Source: a virus
Length of the DNA stretch: 40,156 nucleotides
IMG/VR virus record: IMGVR_UViG_3300027800_000009
Reading direction: 5' to 3' (one strand)
The first letter of the stretch is position 1. Every line of letters starts with the position of its first letter. The position numbers and the translations under genes are program-made. Below the pieces are notes generated by a model, which was given only the letters and a program-made list of their open reading frames with translations, was not told the DNA's origin and did no database searches. Shown here piece after piece: positions 13,254 through 21,458 of the stretch.

Positions 13254-14504
13254 ATGCCCCGAATCCAGATCAACGCCGTTTATCAACAACTTTTCCACAA
13301 GAACCGGCTCCGCGAGGATGTCCGGTACTTTTGCGAATACGGCGGAAGAAGAAGTGCCAAGAGCTTCGATACCGTGCAAGCTATCTGTTTAACGATACTT
13401 CAGGAGCCCGGACATTTCGTGGTTGCGATCCGCAAGGTCGGAGCGACGCTCAAGGATTCTGTCTTTTCCGAGTACGCGGACTTTTTCAGGCGCAACGGGA
13501 TCAAAGTCGCGATAAACAAGACCGACAAGGAAATCGGGCTGCCGAACGGCTCGCGTATTCGGTGTTTCGGGCTGGATGACGCGGAAAAGCTGAAATCCCT
13601 CAAGGGCGCGACCATTATCCATTTCGAGGAAGCGAACGAAATTTCGGAAAATGATTTCGATTCGGTGGACGCCGGATTGTCGCCCGCGAACTATCCCGCG
13701 CGTATTTTCATGACGTTCAACCCGATACCCCAGATTCCCGGCTCGATGCACTGGCTACAACGGCGCTTTCTTCAGGTTCCGCACACATTATCCACAGCGG
13801 TCATCGACAAAAAGACGAACGCACTTATTCTCCGAACGTGGTACAAGGACAATGCATTTTGCCCGGAGGCGTCCCGAAAGGTGCTCGAAGGCTATAAAGA
13901 GACGAACCCCGAAAAGTACAAGCTCTGGGCGCTCGGGGAGTTCACGAAGCTGGAAGGGTGTGTATTCACGAAATGGAACGTTGTCGCGTCGGTGCCCGAG
14001 GAGATGCTCCACGACGACATCGGGGTTGGGCTTGACTTTGGCTTTTCCAATGACCCATCGGCAGCGGGTCGCGTGTGGGTGCGCGAGTCGACGCGCGAGA
14101 TATGGTTTCAAGAACTGGTTTACAAGACCGACCTCTTCAATGATGCCTTGTACGCTGAGCTTAAAGAGCGTGGCGTAGGGGAATACGAGGAAGTGACGGC
14201 TGACTCCGCGCGTCCCGACATTATCGGCGATTTGTATAGGCTCGGGCTTATGGGTATAAAGGGAGTCCAGAAAAAGGCAAACTACAAAGAGGACGTTGCT
14301 ACCCGACTTCAGGGGTACACGATCCACGTTATCGAAGGCTCGACGAACATGGTCCGCGAAATATCGACCTACGCTTGGGCGCGGGACAAAAACGGGAACC
14401 AGATGCCGAAACTACAGGACGGCGACGACCATTTAATTGACTGCCTGATCATGAAAATGCACGAGCACACGGGGCAGGTGAGCATTTTGGACGTTGTCGG
14501 CTAA
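13254..14504 (+). CDS. terL: Terminase large subunit (PBSX/Terminase_3-like)
   Basis: Walker A-like YGGRRSAKSF, Walker B IIHFEEANE, and nuclease-half motifs GLDFGFSNDPSA and DGDDHLIDC. Confidence 0.9.
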   Translation: MPRIQINAVYQQLFHKNRLREDVRYFCEYGGRRSAKSFDTVQAICLTILQEPGHFVVAIRKVGATLKDSVFSEYADFFRRNGIKVAINKTDKEIGLPNGSRIRCFGLDDAEKLKSLKGATIIHFEEANEISENDFDSVDAGLSPANYPARIFMTFNPIPQIPGSMHWLQRRFLQVPHTLSTAVIDKKTNALILRTWYKDNAFCPEASRKVLEGYKETNPEKYKLWALGEFTKLEGCVFTKWNVVASVPEEMLHDDIGVGLDFGFSNDPSAAGRVWVRESTREIWFQELVYKTDLFNDALYAELKERGVGEYEEVTADSARPDIIGDLYRLGLMGIKGVQKKANYKEDVATRLQGYTIHVIEGSTNMVREISTYAWARDKNGNQMPKLQDGDDHLIDCLIMKMHEHTGQVSILDVVG

Positions 14505-14552
14505 TTGTTTGCCGTCACTTGATAAAATACCAAAACCGGAGGATACTACCGT

Positions 14553-15977
14553 ATGTCCAACAAAAAACACGCGCGAACGCAGATAAATAACTCCCTGACC
14601 GATCTTTCCGGCCTTTTGGGGGCCGCGGCGACCGGGGGCTCGGCACTCTCGGGATACAACACCATCGGGTTTTCCAATAACTATTCCCTCGTTACCCTTA
14701 ACCGCATAATCCTGACATATTTTTACGCGGGGAACGGGCTTTTCCAGACCGCCGTGCAGCTTCCCATCCAGGACGCTTTGGCGAAGGGGATCAAGATCGA
14801 GTCGGGCGAGCTTGCCCCGGAAGAGATCGACCAGATTCTCGACTGGTTTGAATCGCACAACGTCTTCGCCGCGCTCGAGAACTTCTGGACGTGGGTGCGG
14901 GTGTACGGTGGCGGTGCGCTCATTATCAATACCGACCAAGACCCCGAGAAGCCGCTTGACTATAAGCGGCTCAAGAGGTCGCCTATTGAGTTCTACGACG
15001 TGGACCGCTGGCAGCTTTCCGTCTCGGGCACGGAGATGAATTCCATCATGGAATACGACGATATGACCAACTCGGACGAGTTCTACCTCAACGGGCAGAA
15101 AATCAACCGATCGCGCGTCATCATCGGGCAGGGCAAGAGGGCGCCGTCATATATTCGCCGGATCTTGCGCGGCTGGGGCATGAGTGAACTTGAGCGCATG
15201 ATCAGGGATATTCAACTCTATCTCAAGACCGGAGACGTTCTTTTTGAGATCCTCGACGAGTCGAAGCTCGACATTTACCATATCGAGGGATTCGCCCAAA
15301 AGCTCCTGACGGCCGGCGGAACGCAGTCAATCGCGAACCGCGTCAAAGAAGCCAACAAAATAAAGAACTACACGAACGGACTTATCCTGGACAAGAACGA
15401 GGAATTCGAGCAGAAACAACTTTCTTTCGGCGGTCTTGCGGAAGTTATGCGCGAGAACCGTATCGGCGTCGCGTCGGCGCTCAGGATGCCTATGACGAAG
15501 CTTTTCGGGATATCCGCCTCGGGATTCTCGACGGGCGAGTCGGATACGGACAACTATAATGAAATGGTGGAATCCGAAATCCGAATGAAAATGCGCCCCG
15601 CAATTCGCCAGTGCATTGAATTGGCGTGCGCGAACTTGTGGGGGTATGTACCGTCGTTCCGCTTCACGTTCCCCCCGCTCAAAGTTACGCCGGCGCTCGA
15701 TCAAGAGCAAATAAAAGCGAGTATGACGACGCGGTTGCTCGCCCTCGTTTCGGCTGGCTTGGTTCCCGGTAAAAAGATCGGCGACGAGCTGGCGGCGGCT
15801 GACGCAATATCGGCGGAATTGGCCGCGGCCTTCGTGGATAATCCTCTTCCTTCCCAACCCGGACAAGAGGGTGCGCCCGAGGATGGCGGAGGGATCGAAG
15901 TATATCGGGCGGAGAAAGAGGCCAAAAAGAATATGAGTTTGCTCGGGTGGATGAAACAAAAAGATGTTAAGGGTTAA
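14553..15977 (+). CDS. Portal protein (DUF1073-type)
   Basis: 474 aa directly after terL, with RBS GGAGGA. The conserved central region and position fit DUF1073-type portals. The family assignment is from memory. Confidence 0.82.
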   Translation: MSNKKHARTQINNSLTDLSGLLGAAATGGSALSGYNTIGFSNNYSLVTLNRIILTYFYAGNGLFQTAVQLPIQDALAKGIKIESGELAPEEIDQILDWFESHNVFAALENFWTWVRVYGGGALIINTDQDPEKPLDYKRLKRSPIEFYDVDRWQLSVSGTEMNSIMEYDDMTNSDEFYLNGQKINRSRVIIGQGKRAPSYIRRILRGWGMSELERMIRDIQLYLKTGDVLFEILDESKLDIYHIEGFAQKLLTAGGTQSIANRVKEANKIKNYTNGLILDKNEEFEQKQLSFGGLAEVMRENRIGVASALRMPMTKLFGISASGFSTGESDTDNYNEMVESEIRMKMRPAIRQCIELACANLWGYVPSFRFTFPPLKVTPALDQEQIKASMTTRLLALVSAGLVPGKKIGDELAAADAISAELAAAFVDNPLPSQPGQEGAPEDGGGIEVYRAEKEAKKNMSLLGWMKQKDVKG

Positions 15978-16905
15978 AGATTCCTATTTTTCCGACACCG
16001 ACGACCATCTCCGGCGCGTATTCTACGAAACGTATTTCGCGCCGCTCTTGGCCGCGATACCCCGCGCACCGAAGCTGAACGCCTCAAGCAACGCCCTTCT
16101 CGCGGCCTTGTCTTCCGGGCGCGTCATTTACAAGGACGGCGTTTTCTCGGGGTCGTTTAATGCGTCGATTTCCATGAACTTGGCCGCCTTCGCGAAATTC
16201 GACCGGCACACGAAAAAATGGTACGGGCGGCCACCTTCGAACGTGTTGGCATCGGCAATCATGGCGAACGACAAGCGGGCGGCACTGATAAATAAAATAA
16301 ATCAAGAGATAGACAACTTGGCAAAAAAGGCCGACGAAACCGTCAAAACGCTCTCATTTTCGACCGATTTGCCACTTTTCTCGATGAATCAGGACGTTTT
16401 GGAGACGCTTCCCCTCGGGACACGCCCAACACTGGACGCCCGGACGGCCGAGAAATTGCGGAAAGATTATACCGAATCTCAGCGGCTGAACGTCAAAAAC
16501 TGGACGCCCGAGCAAATCGTGCGCCTCCGCGAGATGGTCGAACGGTATCAAACATCGGAAACAAACGAATCTCTAACCGATATGATTATGAAGGAATGGG
16601 ACGTTTCCGCGAACAAGGCCAACTTTCTGGCCCGACAAGAAACGTCGCTTTTTTTCTCGAAATTCTCGATGAACCGCGCAAGTTCGGCGGGGGTGCGGAA
16701 ATACCGATGGTCAACGTCGCACGACGGAAGGGTACGGGACAAACTGCCGGGACGCGCAAAAAACGCGCCGAACCATGAACATCTTGACGGTGAGATTTTT
16801 ACCGTTGATGGGCCGGGGGGAGTGGTTGATTTGAAGACGGGGCGGCGCGCGCATCCAGGGGAAGACTATAATTGCCGGTGCGCGGCTATTTGGGTGTTGG
16901 AGTGA
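15964..16905 (+). CDS. Head morphogenesis protein (Mu F / SPP1 gp7-like)
   Basis: C-terminal HEHLDGEIF...AHPGEDYNCRCAAIW is the characteristic Mu F-family ending. It follows the portal gene. Confidence 0.85.
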   Translation: MLRVKDSYFSDTDDHLRRVFYETYFAPLLAAIPRAPKLNASSNALLAALSSGRVIYKDGVFSGSFNASISMNLAAFAKFDRHTKKWYGRPPSNVLASAIMANDKRAALINKINQEIDNLAKKADETVKTLSFSTDLPLFSMNQDVLETLPLGTRPTLDARTAEKLRKDYTESQRLNVKNWTPEQIVRLREMVERYQTSETNESLTDMIMKEWDVSANKANFLARQETSLFFSKFSMNRASSAGVRKYRWSTSHDGRVRDKLPGRAKNAPNHEHLDGEIFTVDGPGGVVDLKTGRRAHPGEDYNCRCAAIWVLE

Positions 16906-16908
16906 CTA

Positions 16909-16948
16909 CCGCGAGCTACCGCGAGTCGAGTTGAAGCAGTTGTTAGCT
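16909..16948 (-). repeat. attC-like site, R''-L'' half only
   Basis: Minus strand reads AGCTAAC AACTGC TTCAAC TCGACTCGCGG TA..., identical over 30 nt to the 5' half of 2513..2570. The expected L'/R' half is replaced by sequence encoding the C-terminus of the convergent Mu F-like gene. Confidence 0.5.
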
Positions 16949-17233
16949 TATTGACTGTAACCATTCTTCCGGCGTTTTATACTCTGTGTATTCAAGCGCA
17001 TTGCATACGCAGAACTCAGGATAGACTTGGTCGTTATCATCAAATAAATCGCGCGATGCTTTAGTAAAAAGTTTCTGACAAGTATCGCAGGTATAAATTG
17101 CAGAAAAATCACCGTATGAAATGTTTGTCTGGTAGTTCATTATTGACCCGGCAGGGAATAAACGACCGCAAGCAAAACACATATGAGATTTTTTTGTCTT
17201 TACGATTTTATCCGTTAACACTTCGCAACTCAT
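16943..17233 (-). CDS. Cys-rich (zinc-binding-like) cassette ORF, 96 aa
   Basis: ATG after GAAGAGGGGGTTTT. CFACG...CDTC plus further Cys residues. The stop TAA lies inside the R''-like box AGCTAAC. Confidence 0.7.
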   Translation of the reverse strand: MSCEVLTDKIVKTKKSHMCFACGRLFPAGSIMNYQTNISYGDFSAIYTCDTCQKLFTKASRDLFDDNDQVYPEFCVCNALEYTEYKTPEEWLQSIS

Positions 17234-17258
17234 AAAACCCCCTCTTCCGGCTGGCTAT

Positions 17259-17279
17259 CCGTGTAACGCAGTTACGCGG
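17259..17279 (-). promoter_or_regulatory. Cassette-leader hairpin (type II)
   Basis: Minus strand reads CCGCGTAAC-TGC-GTTACACGG, almost identical to 1886..1906. Confidence 0.55.
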
Positions 17280-17290
17280 TTGTCCAGTCC

Positions 17291-17322
17291 AGCTAACATA
17301 AATTAGACTGTTCAGCCTAACT
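17291..17322 (-). other. Second attI-like boundary
   Basis: Minus strand reads TTAGGCTGAACAGTCTAATTTAT GTTAGCT. It shares ctaacataaatta and a short palindrome with 2892..2925. CTAA-tttatg-TTAG forms an inverted pair like an attI simple site. Confidence 0.45.
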
Positions 17323-17336
17323 TCCTTCTTGTTTTA

Positions 17337-17365
17337 ATTCTATACCCTTTTTTAACTCCAGTCAA
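17337..17365 (-). promoter_or_regulatory. Promoter of the solo cassette (TTGACT-17-TAGAAT)
   Basis: Minus strand reads TTGACT ggagttaaaaaagggta TAGAAT. The -10 region is identical over 16 nt to promoter 6927..6955. Confidence 0.65.
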
Positions 17366-17381
17366 CACAAATCGCCCCACG

Positions 17382-17410
17382 TTGACAAATCCCAATAAAC
17401 AACGGATTAT
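17382..17410 (+). promoter_or_regulatory. Promoter with ATG at the predicted transcription start (leaderless arrangement)
   Basis: TTGACA-17-GATTAT, then 6 nt, then the ATG of ORF 17417. No Shine-Dalgarno is visible. Confidence 0.5.
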
Positions 17411-17416
17411 ATACTA

Positions 17417-18466
17417 ATGGCAGAGCCGAAATCTTATAAAACCAGATTTATCGAACCCGGAATTATGTCGTATGAAGACAAAGAGCAGGGTGTGGTCCTC
17501 GTCTCAAAAGAGACCCTGGATCGCATGGCCGCGAGTTTTCGGAATAAGCCGGTTATTTTCATACCTGAAATGCACGACAATTCAGACGAAAAAACCGCGT
17601 TCAATTTCGATGACCTTTCCGCCAATCCCGCGTCAGGAATCATAACAGGCATACCGTATTGGGGCGATGATGGCTGGCAATGGGTCGAAATGTCCGTTTG
17701 GGACGAAGCGGCTCAAGAGGCGCTTGATTCTGGCTATTCCGTATCGTGCGCGTATGACGCGGACGAAGACAACACAGGCGGAATATGGCACGAAATCCCG
17801 TACACGTCCGAGGTGACGGACGGGAAGTATATGCACATGGCAATAGTCCCGAAGCCCCGATACGAGGGGTCACGGGTACTGGCAAATAGTAAGGGCCCGG
17901 TTGCGGGTTCTTGCGGAGATAGTAGTAAGGGGGATGCATTGAATATTTTCAAGAAAAAAAACGCTGCCCCTCCGGTTCCGGAAAAGAAAGCAGTTCCCCT
18001 TGCGGGAAAGGAAACTCCGGCCGAGGAAAAAGCGGAACTCATGAACGATGACACCATGGTTGACGTGAACGGAACTCCCGTTCCCCTCCACGAGCTTGTC
18101 TCGAACTATGAGGAAAAGAACGGCGCGGGAGCTCAGGCTCCGCTTGCCGACGAGGACGAAGTCGCACTTTCCGACGGAACGAAAGTAACGCTGGCTGACC
18201 TGAAGGCCGCGTATGCCGGTGGTGGCGAAGCAGAAGCACCCGAAGCCCCGCTCGAGAACGCCGAAGCACCGACCGATACCGTCGCGGCTCCCGTCATCGA
18301 CGAGACCAAGCAGCGCGCCAACAGCGCCGCGCCCCGGACCGTCAACGCCAAGCTCAAAAACGCGGCGTCCGAATCCGGCTATGTCGCGGACAAGATCGAG
18401 ACCGGTGCGTCCCGCCTCGAGCGCGGACGGACCCGGTATTCTCTTCCCGTGAAAGGAGGTAAGTAA
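17417..18466 (+). CDS. Scaffold / prohead protease-like protein (DUF2213-type)
   Basis: Positioned between the portal/Mu F genes and the capsid gene. The conserved N-terminal domain is followed by a low-complexity Ala/Glu/Pro-rich C-terminus typical of scaffolds. The family name is from memory. Confidence 0.72.
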   Translation: MAEPKSYKTRFIEPGIMSYEDKEQGVVLVSKETLDRMAASFRNKPVIFIPEMHDNSDEKTAFNFDDLSANPASGIITGIPYWGDDGWQWVEMSVWDEAAQEALDSGYSVSCAYDADEDNTGGIWHEIPYTSEVTDGKYMHMAIVPKPRYEGSRVLANSKGPVAGSCGDSSKGDALNIFKKKNAAPPVPEKKAVPLAGKETPAEEKAELMNDDTMVDVNGTPVPLHELVSNYEEKNGAGAQAPLADEDEVALSDGTKVTLADLKAAYAGGGEAEAPEAPLENAEAPTDTVAAPVIDETKQRANSAAPRTVNAKLKNAASESGYVADKIETGASRLERGRTRYSLPVKGGK

Positions 18467-18469
18467 CCT

Positions 18470-18955
18470 ATGGGTACTACCAATATGAACGTTTTCCAGC
18501 CTGGAATTGCGGTCGGTGATCTTGACCTCAATTACTTCGGCGGCGAAAACGTCGTTACCGTGAAGGTCGATCCGACCGACACGACCAACAAGTTCTACGC
18601 CGGACAGGGCGTAATCCTCAAGGACTGCGGCGCCGATGACGTCGCGGGCGCTCCGATCGCCGGAGTGCGTTCGGGCGATACTATCGCCATTTTCGGCGTC
18701 CGCAAGCGGTCCCTCAAACAGGCCTACAACGAGGGCGGGCAGGAAATGGAAGTCGCCATCCGTGGCGCGGTAATGTGGTTCAAGGCTTCCGTGGCTCTTG
18801 CTCGCGGTGTGGCGGTAACGCTCGACACGGCGACTCCGGGCAACGTCAAAGCGCAGACCACTAAGGCTTTCCTGGGGTATACCCTCGATAAAGTCGCCCA
18901 GAATGGCATGGTCCGGGTTATGCTCGGATGCGACGCCCTTACGGCGGGGAGCTGA
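18470..18955 (+). CDS. Head decoration-like / capsid accessory protein, 161 aa
   Basis: RBS GGAGGTAAG. It lies directly between the scaffold-like and major capsid genes. Function is assigned from position only. Confidence 0.55.
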   Translation: MGTTNMNVFQPGIAVGDLDLNYFGGENVVTVKVDPTDTTNKFYAGQGVILKDCGADDVAGAPIAGVRSGDTIAIFGVRKRSLKQAYNEGGQEMEVAIRGAVMWFKASVALARGVAVTLDTATPGNVKAQTTKAFLGYTLDKVAQNGMVRVMLGCDALTAGS

Positions 18956-18960
18956 TCAAC

Positions 18961-19941
18961 ATGATAAACAAACGAGCATTTTTTAACGCCGCGGGTGATT
19001 TCGATACCTCCGGAGCCGGTTTCCAGTATGCGATCAACACGATGTCGCAGATTCGCGCGGAGATCATCAAGCAGATTTTCTTCGAGATTTCTATCGCGGA
19101 CTATCTGCCCGTCGATGTCGGCTTCGCGGCATGGAAGAGCGAGATCGTCCAGAATCTCGAATTCCTTTCCGTGGGTCGCTTCGCTGACGGTATCGTCAAT
19201 CAGGGCAATTCTCGCCGGCCGAAGGTCGACGCCGGAATCAGCCAGATCCGTATGCCGATCAAGACGTGGGCGGTCAAGACGACCTGGACCATCGCGGAAA
19301 TTGCCGAAGCGGCAAGCGCGGGCAACTGGGACGTCGTGGAGTCGAAACTCCGCGCGCTCAAGAAAGACTGGGACCTTGGAATCCAGGAAACGGCCTTCAA
19401 CGGCCTGACCGGCGACGACGAGATCACGGGTCTTTTGACCAACGCGAACGTCAATATCAACACCACGCTGATTACCGAAGACGTTTCAGGCATGAGTGAC
19501 GCGGAATTCCAGACCTTCGTGAAAGGCCTCCTGACCGCGTACTACGCGAACTCGAACAGCACCCGGCTGCCGACCAAGCTGATTATGCCGACTGCCGATT
19601 ACCTCGGCATGGCAACGGCCGCTTCCGCGACGTTCCCGAATATCTCGAAAATCGAGTACCTCGAGAATTCGCTCAAGAAGATGACCGCAAACGACGGATT
19701 CAAGATCCTCCCGCTGACCTACGCGCAGAGCGACAAGAACCCCGCCGCGAAGGATCGCTACGTGCTGTACCGCGACGACCCGGAGACCCTGAAGCTGACG
19801 ATCCCCGTCGACATGACGATGAATCAGGCCTACACGATAAACGGCTTCGACTTCGAGCAGCTTGCCTACGGCCAGTTCTCGGGCGTCCTCATCGGACGGC
19901 CCCGCGAGGTGCTGTACTTCGACAAGACCGCGACGACCTAA
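18961..19941 (+). CDS. Major capsid protein (DUF2184 / HK97-fold type)
   Basis: Start at ATG 18961, 9 nt after GGGGAG and just past the upstream stop. 326 aa with strongly biased core codon usage. Synteny with the DUF1073 portal and DUF2213-type gene. Confidence 0.82.
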   Translation: MINKRAFFNAAGDFDTSGAGFQYAINTMSQIRAEIIKQIFFEISIADYLPVDVGFAAWKSEIVQNLEFLSVGRFADGIVNQGNSRRPKVDAGISQIRMPIKTWAVKTTWTIAEIAEAASAGNWDVVESKLRALKKDWDLGIQETAFNGLTGDDEITGLLTNANVNINTTLITEDVSGMSDAEFQTFVKGLLTAYYANSNSTRLPTKLIMPTADYLGMATAASATFPNISKIEYLENSLKKMTANDGFKILPLTYAQSDKNPAAKDRYVLYRDDPETLKLTIPVDMTMNQAYTINGFDFEQLAYGQFSGVLIGRPREVLYFDKTATT

Positions 19942-19980
19942 AACTAAGCCGCCCTGTAATGGGGCGGCTTAGTTTTATTT
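19941..19980. terminator. Bidirectional rho-independent terminator
   Basis: AAACTAAGCCGCCC-tgtaatg-GGGCGGCTTAGTTT with T-runs on both strands, between the capsid gene (+) and ORF 19975..20181 (-). Confidence 0.8.
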
Positions 19981-20181
19981 GATTAGATTACCGTCGCGAA
20001 TGCCGAGCATGATATCGTTGTTTAATTCTCGCCATTCTTCATCCCAATAATCATTACAGGCTTTTTTACAAAACGGGCAAAGGTTTCTATAGTTTTTTTC
20101 ATTATCTTGATAGGCCGTATTCATGCGAACCCTTTCGGCGTCTTGACTATCGCACGGCCCTTCCCATCCTTCGCACTGCAT
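19975..20181 (-). CDS. Cys-rich moron ORF, 68 aa
   Basis: ATG after AAGGAGAAA. CEGWEGPC...CPFCKKAC. AT-rich and antisense to the structural module. Confidence 0.65.
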   Translation of the reverse strand: MQCEGWEGPCDSQDAERVRMNTAYQDNEKNYRNLCPFCKKACNDYWDEEWRELNNDIMLGIRDGNLIK

Positions 20182-20222
20182 ATTTCTCCTTCTCCCGGAG
20201 GCGCTCCGGGCTGGCGGTTATA

Positions 20223-20486
20223 TTAGAAGAGCGTTTTTTGCTCTTGATTTATTTTCTCAATGGCGATCATTTTCGCTTCAGTGCCAAACTCGCCTTTTTT
20301 GATTTCGCTTGAATGAACACGGACTTCATCATTTGTCAGAAATATCAGAATCGGGGTAAGGTCTGCATCAAGCAATTTTTGTATTGCCTTATTTACCGAA
20401 ACAGTAATTTCAAACGGGAATCCTTTTTTATAGGACTCCTCGATTATCATGTTATAGCCCTTATATTCGACATTCATTCCGTTCAT
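20223..20486 (-). CDS. Moron ORF, about 87 aa, hypothetical
   Basis: Start trimmed to ATG 20486 (AAGGA 9 nt upstream), because promoter 20529..20555 lies inside the longer 110-aa reading. Very AT-rich. Confidence 0.55.
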   Translation of the reverse strand: MNGMNVEYKGYNMIIEESYKKGFPFEITVSVNKAIQKLLDADLTPILIFLTNDEVRVHSSEIKKGEFGTEAKMIAIEKINQEQKTLF

Positions 20487-20528
20487 CCCCGTCCATCCTT
20501 TGCGCTTCTCGCGCCCTGTTGATTTAAT

Positions 20529-20555
20529 ATTATACCATAAAATAAAAATAAACAA
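20529..20555 (-). promoter_or_regulatory. Moron promoter (extended -10 TGGTATAAT)
   Basis: Minus strand reads TTGTTT-15-TGG TATAAT. Confidence 0.55.
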
Positions 20556-20581
20556 GCCCTAAAAGTAATAATTCGTCATTA

Positions 20582-20610
20582 TTTACAAAATCCCCCAAAA
20601 GCCCCATACT
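20582..20610 (+). promoter_or_regulatory. Promoter with ATG at the predicted transcription start (leaderless arrangement)
   Basis: TTTACA-17-CATACT, then 6 nt, then the ATG of ORF 20617. No Shine-Dalgarno. The geometry matches 17382..17410. Confidence 0.5.
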
Positions 20611-20616
20611 ACCCCC

Positions 20617-21402
20617 ATGACCCCCACTACTGTACTGATATTGGGCAACGGCCTTTCCCGTCTCGCGTTCGACGCCGCCATCCGCGCGCATACCGGCCCC
20701 GTCTGGGGGTGTAACGCAGTATATTTGGACTATGGCGACGTTTTGACGGCCCTTGCGGGGCATGATTGGTGCATGGCCGACGCCGCGCGGGTCCGGGCGG
20801 AAAAGGGGTACAAATACAAGATTTTCGGGGGGCTCAAGTGGTCCGGGGATATTGGTGACGAGGCTTTCACGTGCAAGCCAATTTTCCGGGAGAATACAGG
20901 AACGACGTTGGTCGCCGAGGCGCTGAACAGGGGATATTCCGTTATCGCCTGCGGGTTTGACATGGGGGGCCCGGACGTATACTCGCCTGACCACGAAAAG
21001 AGGAACAAAACGGTATGGGTGACACGGTGGAGGCTCGTTTTCGAGGAATTTGGAAGCGACCGGGTGACATTCTGGGGATACGATCACAAGCCGTTTCTTT
21101 TGCAAAAAGGGAACGCCCGAGAGTACTCAAAAAAATACATGGCCGGGGAGGTGCATATCCCTGATCCGGAATACGCGCGGGCGGTTGAGGAATGGGAAAA
21201 TGACTATTCCCGAATATGGGCGCGGGTACCGAAAGCGCGTTTCAAGAATATCGGGAACCGCGAGTGGTATTTTGAAGAGATTCCCGGAGTGTTTCGGGGC
21301 GGGGCCGAGGTGATTATCCCCGAGGAACTGGCAAGGAAGCACGAAAAGGAATATCCCTTCGAGTTTTCCGTGGAAGCGGTCGGTGCCGTCGAGCCCTTGT
21401 GA
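20617..21402 (+). CDS. Sialyltransferase-like / DUF115-like Rossmann glycosyltransferase candidate
   Basis: VLILGNGLS...VWGCNAVY...NTGTTLVAEALNRGYSVIACGFDMGG resembles the GNGPS / CN / TSG...GY..I.L.G.D pattern of GT42 (CstII-like) and MAF/DUF115 proteins. The functional assignment is tentative. Confidence 0.45.
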   Translation: MTPTTVLILGNGLSRLAFDAAIRAHTGPVWGCNAVYLDYGDVLTALAGHDWCMADAARVRAEKGYKYKIFGGLKWSGDIGDEAFTCKPIFRENTGTTLVAEALNRGYSVIACGFDMGGPDVYSPDHEKRNKTVWVTRWRLVFEEFGSDRVTFWGYDHKPFLLQKGNAREYSKKYMAGEVHIPDPEYARAVEEWENDYSRIWARVPKARFKNIGNREWYFEEIPGVFRGGAEVIIPEELARKHEKEYPFEFSVEAVGAVEPL

Positions 21403-21424
21403 TTTTTTTAATTTATGGTATAAT
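21397..21424 (+). promoter_or_regulatory. Promoter (TTGTGA-16-TATAAT with TG extension)
   Basis: TTGTGA tttttttaatttatgg TATAAT, upstream of ORF 21459, which has RBS AAAGGAG. Confidence 0.6.
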
Positions 21425-21458
21425 TACCATTATAACGCAATGAAAGGAGACTAACGAA

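Larger units (their letters stand above)
16909..17365 (-). mobile_element. Solo integron-like cassette with its own promoter, inserted antisense in the head module
   Basis: Order on the minus strand: promoter 17337..17365, attI-like 17291..17322, leader hairpin 17259..17279, ORF 16943..17233, half attC-like site 16909..16948. Confidence 0.6.
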
